Shown in pieces: positions 8,602 through 18,153 of a stretch of 64,000 nt of DNA (the first letter of the stretch is position 1; each line of letters opens with the position of its first letter). Source of the DNA: Candidatus Melainabacteria bacterium SSGW_16 (GTDB lineage: Bacteria; Cyanobacteriota; Vampirovibrionia; 2-02-FULL-35-15); assembly GCA_004769085.1 (NCBI GenBank), contig DUDS01000015.1, positions 97,975 through 161,974 of the forward strand. The letters are read 5' to 3'. The position numbers were made by a program, and so were the translations under genes. Below the pieces are notes generated by a model. The model ran no database searches, was not told where the DNA came from, and worked only from the letters and a program-made list of their open reading frames with translations.

Positions 8602-11463
8602 TCAGACACTAATCTTAATTTTATCCGGTTCTTTATAGGATTTTCCATCTTTATAAGCTATAGAAATTTTATTTTTATATTTTAAAATCAATGCTAAGCA
8701 AATCAAGATAAAAATTGCAAAACAACTTATTCCAAATCCTATGAAAAATAGGATCGGATAATAATAAAATTCAATGCTATATTCCCCTGCTTGAGGTATA
8801 TAAACAGCCCTTTGAATCAAATTAGCCTGAAAATGTTTATTCTCTTTATGATTAATTTTTACTTTCCAATTATTGTTTAAGTTGTGCCCAAGCACAAGAA
8901 AACCACTCATGTCTACAGTCACTTTTAAAGTTATGTTTTCTGGTTCGTATTTGAGAAACTCTATGTCATTGCGAGAAGAGGCAAAGCCTCGACGTGGCAA
9001 TCTCATAACGTTATCAGATTGCTCCGTCGCTACTCTCCTCGCAATGACAGGAGGCTCTACCATTAAAATCACTTCATTTCTAGGATTAAAACTCTCACTA
9101 TCAAGTTCTACGATAGTCTCTTTAGAAGATTCAATCACTTTAAAAGTAGGTACAAAAAAAGCTCTTGGCAGATAGTTTTTATTCTCATATATTACACAGT
9201 CTCCACTAAATACTTTTTCTGTATCATTAGATTTAAGGGTTACTATATTTGGTACCAAAAAATATCTAATGTTTAATAAATCAAGTATCTTACTCTTAAA
9301 ATTATAAATTGGATAAGGAATATTAGTATTGTTAAAAAGTTTAATTATTTCTTTTGTATAAAGATTATTTGGATCCTTGGTTTGAACATAAACAAATAAA
9401 GAATAAATATCTTTCGAAATTAATGAACTATAACCTGATGCTTCTTCTAGGTTATACGGCTGTAAGGTGTTGGGCTCTGCAACTTTATATCCTATGTTAT
9501 GTACAGTAAATGGTAAGATTCTAAATAGCTTACTAGATTTCTTTTGTTGCCTGACTAAAAACTCTAATGCACTATCTTTATACAGAGGTTTATATTTCTT
9601 TTTGTCTGACCAGGTAACAAAATATGAAGAATAATACATAAGGTCAATTGTTGAAACTAAAACAACAATACTAACAATTAGCACTTTTATATTTTCTTTA
9701 AGAAAAGATACCAAATTTAAAAAAACTTGAAAGCCAATACCAGCTAAAAAAGGAACACAAAAACTATAAACCTCCAGGAACCTGTAATGCTGCAGTTGTT
9801 TAAAACCAGGCACAAAGTCTTTAATCATAAAAAACAGAGGAGAACCTACTGAAATTAACACAGAGAAAGTAATCGTTAGAAAGAAAAAAATTGTCAGTTT
9901 ATTTTTAAAAAGTACTTTTATACTAAAGAGTGAAAGTAAAAAAGGTAAAAGTCCAAAATAGACATAGTTTTTAAAAAATCCCCAGTTGATTATGGATTCA
10001 TCAAAATTTGGCCAAGCAGGATATCCTTTGTAATAAGGGAATAAGAGCCCCAAAAATGCTTCTATAGCTATTGAGCTATCTTTTATAGAGGCTTCAGAAT
10101 AAGCTACTCTATGGGAGCCCTGGAACAAAGTTAAAAAAGGAACTAAAACTATTGCTCCAATCATAATCGCTATAGAAGAAATAAATAAGGTACTAAAAAA
10201 GTGTTTTAAATAGTTTCGTCTCCAGATAAAAGCATCTATTGAAAATCTAAAAGCAACAAATAAGAAAAAGAATATAACCGTATAATAAACAATCTGCAAG
10301 TGACCAGATATAAAAATAAGTCCAAGCAACAAAGCTGAGAGCAATAAATATTTATTTATAATTTTTGATTCTTTTATACTTTTTTCATAGGCAATCAGCA
10401 CAAAGGGTAAAGTAGCACTATTCATTAACATATGTTCATAACTAAACCAAGTCACATTAAAAGGATGGAACATATAAACAATGCTTGTTAGTAATGAAGC
10501 TCCAAAACTTAATCCCCAAAATCTTGCTAACAAATATGCACCAATACCACATAACAAAAAACTAACAAAAGTTATAATTGAGTGTGCAGTAAAATGATCA
10601 AAAATTAAGTAGCATAGAAAATAAAAAGGATGAAAAAAACCTACTTGAGGTTCAGCAATGAATTCACCTCCCGTTAGGGTATGGTTGTTCCAAAAAGGTA
10701 ATTTAGCCTTTTTAATAGATTCAGAAAAGTACTCTCTTGCTGGAGTAAACCATTGAATTAAATCATTTATAAAATAATTATGAACTTTAGGGATTTCTGA
10801 AAAATCTTCACATACAATTCGTAAATCTTTTAAATACAATGAGGCTGCCTTGTTCTTATTTTTATTCTTTGCAATAAGTTGAATATTATATAAATTTAAA
10901 TCTTTTACAGAAATCACATTATTTAAAGGAATATAAGCGGTATGCCATGAGGTTATTTCGTCATTTTTTTCAACATTAGCTGGGTATACAACTATACTAG
11001 GATTTAAATATCCATTAGTAACTTTATTAACCAGTAAAATACCAATTTCAAAAGAAGGTGAATCATAACGAATAGGTTTAAAATTAAAGCTGAAGTAATA
11101 ACTCAGATCTTTTAAATTGCCTTGTTTACTTAGAAGAAGTTCATCCAGAGCAGGTGTAAACAAGGAACTTACTGTGCTCAATGAAGGAACTTGGATCTTA
11201 AGAACCTGCTCATTTATTTCTCTATCATTAACAGTTTTATTTTTAAAGGAATTATGTTCCCATAAAACGATTTTTTTTACTTTTTTATCCACATTGTAAT
11301 ACTTCCAAGGGTACATTTGGATATTACGGATATCAATTGGTGTATCCACCATGCCAAAAAAAATTGGATGCATATAAATAGTTGTAACTAATAAAATAAA
11401 TATGAAAGCAATTAGTTTGTCATTTAGAAGATTGAATTTTTTAATAAACAGCAAACTAAACAT
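8602..11463 (-). CDS. YfhO-like polytopic membrane protein, paralog 3, with a different in-frame palindromic element
   Basis: Colinear with paralogs 1 and 2 (KLPFWNN, GHLQI, LPRAFFV, IEFYYYP). Confidence 0.8.
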   Translation of the reverse strand: MFSLLFIKKFNLLNDKLIAFIFILLVTTIYMHPIFFGMVDTPIDIRNIQMYPWKYYNVDKKVKKIVLWEHNSFKNKTVNDREINEQVLKIQVPSLSTVSSLFTPALDELLLSKQGNLKDLSYYFSFNFKPIRYDSPSFEIGILLVNKVTNGYLNPSIVVYPANVEKNDEITSWHTAYIPLNNVISVKDLNLYNIQLIAKNKNKNKAASLYLKDLRIVCEDFSEIPKVHNYFINDLIQWFTPAREYFSESIKKAKLPFWNNHTLTGGEFIAEPQVGFFHPFYFLCYLIFDHFTAHSIITFVSFLLCGIGAYLLARFWGLSFGASLLTSIVYMFHPFNVTWFSYEHMLMNSATLPFVLIAYEKSIKESKIINKYLLLSALLLGLIFISGHLQIVYYTVIFFFLFVAFRFSIDAFIWRRNYLKHFFSTLFISSIAIMIGAIVLVPFLTLFQGSHRVAYSEASIKDSSIAIEAFLGLLFPYYKGYPAWPNFDESIINWGFFKNYVYFGLLPFLLSLFSIKVLFKNKLTIFFFLTITFSVLISVGSPLFFMIKDFVPGFKQLQHYRFLEVYSFCVPFLAGIGFQVFLNLVSFLKENIKVLIVSIVVLVSTIDLMYYSSYFVTWSDKKKYKPLYKDSALEFLVRQQKKSSKLFRILPFTVHNIGYKVAEPNTLQPYNLEEASGYSSLISKDIYSLFVYVQTKDPNNLYTKEIIKLFNNTNIPYPIYNFKSKILDLLNIRYFLVPNIVTLKSNDTEKVFSGDCVIYENKNYLPRAFFVPTFKVIESSKETIVELDSESFNPRNEVILMVEPPVIARRVATEQSDNVMRLPRRGFASSRNDIEFLKYEPENITLKVTVDMSGFLVLGHNLNNNWKVKINHKENKHFQANLIQRAVYIPQAGEYSIEFYYYPILFFIGFGISCFAIFILICLALILKYKNKISIAYKDGKSYKEPDKIKISV
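8964..9049. repeat. Inverted dimer of GTCATTGCGAG-type palindromic units (REP/RPE-like) inside YfhO paralog 3
   Basis: 12-bp perfect terminal IR TGTCATTGCGAG (8964-8975) / CTCGCAATGACA (9038-9049); inner IR GCAATCT/AGATTGC; internal hairpin GAGGC-AAA-GCCTC. Confidence 0.9.
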
Positions 11464-12106
11464 ATTTTAAATATTCAGGATATACCCCCAAGTTTTTGTC
11501 AAATATATTTTGTTTATCTACAAATACTGAAAATTCAAAAGGCATATAATCATTTCTAAGTACAATCCTATTTGAATATTTATATGCTAGGTCCAACACT
11601 TTTAAAGGATCTGAGTAATAAATATCTTCTTTTGTAAAGTCAACTTTGTTTGAAATAAAGTTAATAGCAAAACCATGTGTTGAGTACCTGTCAAACAAAT
11701 TAAAACTTTCTTTTATATAACTCCAGTTATCCTTTAACTTAAAGTTATGTACACCTGAAGAAAGAATATAATTAAACTCCTTGTCAATTTTTTCTGAAAA
11801 AATGTCCTTTACTTCAAGGAATGCACTCGGATATCTTTTCTTTCCCTCAATAATCAAATTTTTATTAATATCAATTCCATGGTAAACAAAATTTATTCCT
11901 TTTTCTTTTGCATAACCATACATGTCTCCAAAACCACAGCCATAATCAAGAACAGTTTTGCCATTTAAATCCCAGTGGCTAAGGAGAACATGATATCTCA
12001 GCCTATGTGTTTTTTTGTCCCAACCAAGGGTTTTTGGACTATAGCCAAAGGTTTTGTACCTTTCATTGTATGATTCAAGAATATTTGTTAAATCATTTTT
12101 TTTCAT
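11456..12106 (-). CDS. Class I SAM-dependent methyltransferase
   Basis: VLDYGCGFG, YHGIDIN; YGYSPKTLGW-like N-terminus of glycan-cluster methyltransferases. Confidence 0.85.
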   Translation of the reverse strand: MKKNDLTNILESYNERYKTFGYSPKTLGWDKKTHRLRYHVLLSHWDLNGKTVLDYGCGFGDMYGYAKEKGINFVYHGIDINKNLIIEGKKRYPSAFLEVKDIFSEKIDKEFNYILSSGVHNFKLKDNWSYIKESFNLFDRYSTHGFAINFISNKVDFTKEDIYYSDPLKVLDLAYKYSNRIVLRNDYMPFEFSVFVDKQNIFDKNLGVYPEYLKYV

Positions 12107-12890
12107 TTAATAAACCTTTCTTAATTCCTAAAAATTCTAAAAGGTTTTTATAAAAGATATTTTCAAGTTTAATTTGTGATATGCCTAAAGAAAGTTCTTT
12201 TACCCGTTCCACTAAATCTTTATGAGAATATGATGGGTGATCCGTACCAATACAAATACGCCTGTCAAATTGTTCGAATAAAAATTTAAGATCAAGATCA
12301 ATAGAGCTTCCTTTGTATTTTAAAATAGTAAAAGACAAATCAAGCAAAAGATTCTGATTATGTCTTACAAACTCAGCATATTGCAATAATCTTACATCTC
12401 CTCCATGCAGTAAAACAACTTTAGCTTCAGGTGATGAACTTAAAAGGTTTACCAGTGAAATAAAAGGATCATTATAATTTCCATTTGTAATCTTTCTATG
12501 CATGTAGCTACAAAGTAAGATAACTAAACCTTTTTTTGAAGCCAGGTCTAATATAACTGGCAAAGTTTTATATCCCCAGTCAATCCCAGCCAAACGCGGA
12601 TGAATCTTAATGCCCTTAAATCCTAATTCTTTAATGTGATCAATTTCTTTTTCCAGAGCTTTTTCATCTGTTTTTGGATCAATACCTGCAATTGGAATAA
12701 AACAGTCATGCTTTAAGCACTCTTTTATAAATAACTCATGATTATAACCATTTTCACCTGCAAGACCTACCGCCAGAGCCCATTTAAATCCGTAAGCTGA
12801 CATTTGATTCTTAACAACATCAAAACTAGTATCGATGTCAGCAGAATGATTGTTTACTGTGGGGTGAGTAAGTGAATCAAAAAAGAGCAT
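12093..12890 (-). CDS. Amidohydrolase-family (Amidohydro_2-like) metal-dependent hydrolase
   Basis: DSLTHP, GFKGIKIHP, VVLLHGG, ICIGTDHP motifs. Confidence 0.8.
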   Translation of the reverse strand: MLFFDSLTHPTVNNHSADIDTSFDVVKNQMSAYGFKWALAVGLAGENGYNHELFIKECLKHDCFIPIAGIDPKTDEKALEKEIDHIKELGFKGIKIHPRLAGIDWGYKTLPVILDLASKKGLVILLCSYMHRKITNGNYNDPFISLVNLLSSSPEAKVVLLHGGDVRLLQYAEFVRHNQNLLLDLSFTILKYKGSSIDLDLKFLFEQFDRRICIGTDHPSYSHKDLVERVKELSLGISQIKLENIFYKNLLEFLGIKKGLLNEKK

Positions 12891-13809
12891 TACAGTTTAA
12901 CCTTGCTAGTCCTAAGCCTTCTTTTCCAAAATCATTGCCATTATAAAACATATAGAGATAGTTCTTGTACTGTAACACATGAGCATAGCAAATAGACTTT
13001 GAATCCCAACCATGGTCAGACACATCAATACCTGCATTTTCATCTTTTCTTTCCCACTTTATGCCATCACTAGATGTTGCATATCCTATCCTGTACTGTT
13101 CACCTCTGTATGAATACCACATGTGATATTTATCCTTAATTTTTAAAACGCAGGGTTTTCCTATTGCATATTCATTTTGATTTTTAAAATCAATACAAAT
13201 AATATTATTTCTAATCCAGTGAATACCATCTTTAGACTCTGCATATTTAATTACATAGTAATGTTTATGCTCACCTGAGCCTTTGCCCCACTTCAAAAGA
13301 GAGGTGTACCACATTTTCCAAGTATTTCCTTCGACTAAAACACAAGCTGAACCAATCCATAGATAGTCTTCATTATTTCTTTCTAAAATTGGTGCTTTCG
13401 ACACACGTTCAAAAGTTCCATCACTTTTTAACACTGCTAACCCAAGATGATTTTGGAATGGTGTAAGTACAGTTGGCATCCACCCTACATAGTACATAAA
13501 AGTTTTTCCATTATGCTGTACAAGCCACGGATAAGATACTCCATTTTCATCAAATGCTCCTAGTTCTCCTAACTGGAAAATCGGCTTTGCAGTGATCTCT
13601 ATTATTTCAGTAGGATTTTCTATATTAAGTTTTATCCTGCCGATAGTTGATCTATTCAATGAATCTCTACCTGTTACATAAACATCAAAGAAGGGTCCTT
13701 TAGTTTGAAGAGCAAAAGAAGCTCCAGTATAAGTACTTATCCAAGGAATACTTGCATCCGGCTTAAAAAGCCTTCCTAGTTTTTCCCATGTGCATAGTGT
13801 ACTAATCAT
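12877..13809 (-). CDS. Five-bladed beta-propeller glycoside hydrolase/phosphorylase-like protein (GH32/43/130-like)
   Basis: Repeated blades GAFDENGVSYPW, MYYVG, KYAESKDGIHW, GYATSSDGIKW, MFYNGNDFG. Confidence 0.7.
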   Translation of the reverse strand: MISTLCTWEKLGRLFKPDASIPWISTYTGASFALQTKGPFFDVYVTGRDSLNRSTIGRIKLNIENPTEIIEITAKPIFQLGELGAFDENGVSYPWLVQHNGKTFMYYVGWMPTVLTPFQNHLGLAVLKSDGTFERVSKAPILERNNEDYLWIGSACVLVEGNTWKMWYTSLLKWGKGSGEHKHYYVIKYAESKDGIHWIRNNIICIDFKNQNEYAIGKPCVLKIKDKYHMWYSYRGEQYRIGYATSSDGIKWERKDENAGIDVSDHGWDSKSICYAHVLQYKNYLYMFYNGNDFGKEGLGLARLNCNALF

Positions 13810-13833
13810 AATTTGTGGTTAATCCATTTCAGG

Positions 13834-15987
13834 CTAAGCAAAGACAGGTTCTTTGCTAGATTTATTAGAAGCCTTTCTTTCATGTTTAATAGGTAATTTA
13901 GAATAAGCATCAAGAAATTCTTCAATTTGCTTGCGGTTTTCCCAACAGGCATTTGCAAGCTTTTCAACGAATTCAAATGATGGTTGCTGGCAATTATCAC
14001 CGGTTATGTAAATTGCAGTTGGTCCATCCAATTGTTCAAACTGAATATCATCAAGCGGCGCAGAAATATATTTAACAATACTTTCTTCTTTTTCGGTTTT
14101 CATTTTGTCTAGCAAGTCACTATCTGTCCAATCAAGAAGCAAGAGCATATTTTTTGCAAAATTGTACATATTAGAGCCCTCTTCATATGCTTCCTGCAAG
14201 AAGCTTCTCATAGCTTGAGTTTTAGTACTATAGCCTGCAAATTCAAGAAAAATATCCTTATTGAAACCTAATAGCTTTAGTACATAAGCAATTTCAACTA
14301 TTGAAAGTGTTCCTGTATCCAGTCTGGATAAGAGGTAACCAGCCATTGCACTTGCACCAGCTGGTTCTGGCTTCCGTGCATGGCGCATCACTCCTCTAAT
14401 TATGCTTTCAGTTGGCTTTTTTGTTTTGTCAAACCACCGGCTTAGATAGCGGAATATATCTTCACCAAAGATTAATGCCTGAGCAAAAGGGTTTACAGTA
14501 TGGGTAGAAACGTGAAATGCTTCTTTGCCTACAAAAGCTCCTCCACTTGTTAAGCTGTCCTTTAATATTTCAAAACAGCGGTTTCCATTACCATAAGAGC
14601 TAGATCCCAACCCTACATATGCTGTTCCCCTGCCAGAAGAATGATTTTCTACTACCACTCCAAGCAACTGGGCTAGAGACTGTAAGTTAGAAAGATCAAA
14701 TACTCCATGAATACGTGTTTTCAGGTCACGTCCCAGTTTGTTTGAATCCAAAAATTTACTAATTTCCGGGAACAGGCTATTCAACTCACTTCTTACACTA
14801 TCCTCCAGCTTCATTGGTTCGCGCAAAATATCATCTGCCAAAGCAATAGCTGCAAGAGCTGCACCAATCGATGCCTGGTTCCAGGTGGAAAGAGTTTTTC
14901 CCATATTGTTTTTAAGGAATTCTTCAAGCAAAATAAGGTAAGGCACCATAAGACCATAGATTCCGCTTTCCACTCCATGCTCAATAATGACTTTTCCGTC
15001 TTTGACATATGCACCAATACTTTCAAGAGCATGATGTATATTTTCATCTGTCAGAATCTCTACCAGGGGTACTTTCTTTTCTTTTTCAATCATTTTTAAG
15101 GCTATAAAAATGAGATTCTGCATTTCATCTTTAGATTGTGGATTAGTTGGGAAAAAATATCCTCCAGTAAGAAGAGCATCAGACAATGCTCCTGGATCCC
15201 GCTGCTGACGGTTTATATATGTGCGGAGCTTGGTAATTTGAGGCTCTTCCTTTTCCAGTTCTCGTAAAAAGAAAGTTTTCTCCTTGTTCATAAAATCAGC
15301 CCGTTCATCCGGACACCAGATAACAAGACTTCCTTCATTTTGATTCATCAAAGTGAATTCTTTACCTTTAAATTCTAATTTCTTACCTTGCATAAGCCTG
15401 AGAACTTGATGACAAGAAATTCCCATATTTGAGGAAGTAGAACAATATATAGTTCTCTTACCAAAACATGACCAAATCGCAACAGCTTCATCGTTTATCT
15501 GAAGCAGCTCGGATGCTTCAATGTTTTTTAGCTCATTAGGGGTGAATATCTTCTCCCCTGTATTGGTTTCCCTTGATTTAAGGAAATCTAGTTTCAAGTT
15601 ATTAAGGTCACTAGTCGAGAGCTTTTTCATTCTCTCTACTTCAAGTAAAATCTGCTCTGCCATTAAACCCAGAGCATTAAAGCCTTTCACACAACTTTCA
15701 AAGTGTTTCCAGCCTCGCAGGTAGATAATTTTTTTATTAACCAGAGCTGTGCTAAGTGGAGCTTTAAATGTTAGTGAATCGCTGCCAGTGCTGTATGGAA
15801 GTTCATCATCTTTAGTCTGACCTGGAAGCATAATACCTAACTGCATAGCCAGCCGTACTGTAGAAAGGCAAATTTGCATACTAGAGGAATTATTGTACTC
15901 TCCTCCTGGTGCAACCTTTACGGTTTCTTCTTCCAAAAAGTCTCCTGATAACTCTGGTATCTCCTTATGTAAATAGGTAAGTTTCAT
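13834..15987 (-). CDS. Highly divergent, expanded fold-type II PLP-dependent enzyme (threonine dehydratase/cysteine synthase superfamily)
   Basis: Family motifs in the expected order: IYLRGWKHFESCVKG (K101), CSTSSNMGIS, VIWCP..EK..LREL, ASIGAALAA, RIHGV, EPAGASAMAG, IYITGDN. About twice the usual length. Confidence 0.6.
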   Translation of the reverse strand: MKLTYLHKEIPELSGDFLEEETVKVAPGGEYNNSSSMQICLSTVRLAMQLGIMLPGQTKDDELPYSTGSDSLTFKAPLSTALVNKKIIYLRGWKHFESCVKGFNALGLMAEQILLEVERMKKLSTSDLNNLKLDFLKSRETNTGEKIFTPNELKNIEASELLQINDEAVAIWSCFGKRTIYCSTSSNMGISCHQVLRLMQGKKLEFKGKEFTLMNQNEGSLVIWCPDERADFMNKEKTFFLRELEKEEPQITKLRTYINRQQRDPGALSDALLTGGYFFPTNPQSKDEMQNLIFIALKMIEKEKKVPLVEILTDENIHHALESIGAYVKDGKVIIEHGVESGIYGLMVPYLILLEEFLKNNMGKTLSTWNQASIGAALAAIALADDILREPMKLEDSVRSELNSLFPEISKFLDSNKLGRDLKTRIHGVFDLSNLQSLAQLLGVVVENHSSGRGTAYVGLGSSSYGNGNRCFEILKDSLTSGGAFVGKEAFHVSTHTVNPFAQALIFGEDIFRYLSRWFDKTKKPTESIIRGVMRHARKPEPAGASAMAGYLLSRLDTGTLSIVEIAYVLKLLGFNKDIFLEFAGYSTKTQAMRSFLQEAYEEGSNMYNFAKNMLLLLDWTDSDLLDKMKTEKEESIVKYISAPLDDIQFEQLDGPTAIYITGDNCQQPSFEFVEKLANACWENRKQIEEFLDAYSKLPIKHERKASNKSSKEPVFA

Positions 15988-17321
15988 TAACTATGCTGAC
16001 TGACAGCTAAACTCCTTTCAAAATATTCTACCTGAACAAAAGACTCTATCATTTTTTCTTTTCTCAATACATCATCCCGATCATTTCCGCATACGATGAA
16101 ATATCCTGGTCTGTCACGGCTATCTTTTACAGGGTTTATATTGTCACCTTCTTTGAGATCAAGGTTAAAGACAAGCACATTGCTGGCAAGGTTCTTATCT
16201 ATATATGTCTTCTTTACTTTTCCAGGTGGAAAGTTAAAAAATTTGAGTACTGCATATTTCTTTTTGTAATCTTGAATCTTCACTTCAAATGGTTGCCCGG
16301 TTAATGTTTTTAAAAGTGCTTTCAATGGATCAAATCCTGTAAGAAATGGAATAATATGACTGCTTATACTTCCTCCTGCACCCCTTGCTGCAATCTCCAT
16401 TAGATAAATATTCCCATCTTTTACTTTGTATTCAGCATGTGTGTTACCAAAAGGTAGTCCCAAAGTTTTGATCACCTTTGTGTTAACATCAAAAATCTTT
16501 TTCTCAAGCAATAGATCGATATCTCCCAGAAAGGTGTTTCTCTCATCCAAACAAGGATTAGTATTGTAGTGGTACTTTTTAGTGAGGGTAATGTTGTAGA
16601 CTTTTTCATCTTTCACAAAAGATTCAACAGAAAACTCAAATCCAGAAATGTACTTTTCAATAATAATTCCCCGGCCTATGCTCTCTCTGAATGCAGTTGC
16701 TAACATTTGTTTGTACCTGTGATCCAGAATAGTAACCCCTTTACTCCCCTGAGAATTAATAGGCTTTACAACATACTCTGAGAGTTCAGACAGTCCTTTG
16801 CAGAAATTTTCTGCTTCGCGCTCATTATCAAAATAATGGGATTCCGGGATATGCTCATCCAATTTACCTTTCAGTGCGCTGCGCATGACATACTTATTAG
16901 TAAATTTCAAGGCTGTATTGTAACCAATTCCTACTAAGTTTAGCTTTTCAGCTATGAATGCAACAGTAGGGACAGCAACATCTGTTTGATCCGTTGTAAT
17001 GTAATCTATCTTATATTTTTCAGCACATGAAAGTGTTGCCTGTTTGTTAGTGGTATCAATTTGCTCATAATAGTCAGCATATTCCTTACAAGGAGGATTA
17101 ACATTCATGTCAGTAACCAAAACGCAGTAGCCCATTTGCTTTGCTTTTTGAACTAGTGGTATTTGGTTAAAACCGCCACCCACAATGTGGATTAATTTTT
17201 TATGCTCAAGACAAGCTTGAGCTTCCGTATGTCGATCTTTTTCGACAGATCGGATTTGCCCATCTTTTATATAAAATTGGGGGACAAATCCTTTACTTGT
17301 GAACTGATCTTCTTCTGTCAT
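15987..17321 (-). CDS. ATP-grasp carboxylate-amine ligase
   Basis: IVGGGFNQ, TNKYVMR, VVKPINSQGSKGV, IEKYISGFEFSVE, HAEYK, MEIAARGAG, V..SRDRPGY. TAATG coupling to the PLP gene. Confidence 0.88.
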   Translation of the reverse strand: MTEEDQFTSKGFVPQFYIKDGQIRSVEKDRHTEAQACLEHKKLIHIVGGGFNQIPLVQKAKQMGYCVLVTDMNVNPPCKEYADYYEQIDTTNKQATLSCAEKYKIDYITTDQTDVAVPTVAFIAEKLNLVGIGYNTALKFTNKYVMRSALKGKLDEHIPESHYFDNEREAENFCKGLSELSEYVVKPINSQGSKGVTILDHRYKQMLATAFRESIGRGIIIEKYISGFEFSVESFVKDEKVYNITLTKKYHYNTNPCLDERNTFLGDIDLLLEKKIFDVNTKVIKTLGLPFGNTHAEYKVKDGNIYLMEIAARGAGGSISSHIIPFLTGFDPLKALLKTLTGQPFEVKIQDYKKKYAVLKFFNFPPGKVKKTYIDKNLASNVLVFNLDLKEGDNINPVKDSRDRPGYFIVCGNDRDDVLRKEKMIESFVQVEYFERSLAVSQHS

Positions 17322-17361
17322 TTTTTCTTAACTTGATAGTGTTGGCTGGAATTCGTAGTTA

Positions 17362-18153
17362 TTATACTACTTTATATAAGGTATCCATTTCAAGATCAAC
17401 TGCATCTCTTATTTGAGCATTATCAAAAAGTTTATTTATAGCAAAGAGTAATGTCCAGCGCCCTTCAAAAGATAGCCAATTTGGTTTACATTCGGGGTCA
17501 ATAGTATCTACACCATGAGGTAACATTGCATTAAAATAAACAACATCCCCCACGTCTGCAAAGTCTTCAAGTAATATTTTCTTACCATCCTTAGTTTCTA
17601 CAAATACTCCACCGTTTTTAAAATCGACCCCTTTTTTAGACATTTGTAGTATTGGAGCAGTAAGCTGATGATGATCTATTGGATCAGAATGTTTGTGCAT
17701 ACCTCCAATTCCTTTTGGATAAAATTGAAAGGCAATTCTTGCAATGCAATTATCCTCAGGCTCAATCCCTAGAAATTTATTTTTTTGATTACCACTAATA
17801 AGATTTCTAACCTGATAAACTTTTTTAAAAACCTCAAAAAAGTTAAATACATCCTGGTTCCATGGGAAAAAGACAAATTGATGAAAACAAGCTTGAACAT
17901 ATGAACGCTTATCCCAAAGATTTATCCTGTGAAAATTTAGACACCCTTCTTCAATTTTTTTGTAGTTTGGAAGCGAGTTTCTACCTATGTTTGTTAGATA
18001 TAACTTGATCTGAACTATAAAGTCTTTTTCAGCTACATTTTTAATAATATAAATACCACCTGCTTCTATCCTCGTTCGCATTAGAGAAACAAGAGATGGA
18101 TCGTTTAAAAGTTCATCATGGCTTTCTAGATAATAAATATTCTCTTGATTCAT
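17362..18153 (-). CDS. Fe(II)/2-oxoglutarate-dependent oxygenase-like protein
   Basis: HSD...PHGVD...GRW facial triad and Arg pattern, GGVFV, GDVVYFNA. ATG at 18153 preferred over the GTG at 18183. Confidence 0.65.
   Translation of the reverse strand: MNQENIYYLESHDELLNDPSLVSLMRTRIEAGGIYIIKNVAEKDFIVQIKLYLTNIGRNSLPNYKKIEEGCLNFHRINLWDKRSYVQACFHQFVFFPWNQDVFNFFEVFKKVYQVRNLISGNQKNKFLGIEPEDNCIARIAFQFYPKGIGGMHKHSDPIDHHQLTAPILQMSKKGVDFKNGGVFVETKDGKKILLEDFADVGDVVYFNAMLPHGVDTIDPECKPNWLSFEGRWTLLFAINKLFDNAQIRDAVDLEMDTLYKVV

Noticed and set aside
13806-14000. 64-aa minus-strand ORF overlapping the end of the PLP-like gene
   Set aside because: Alternative frame inside a longer gene; no motif and no sign of a frameshift.
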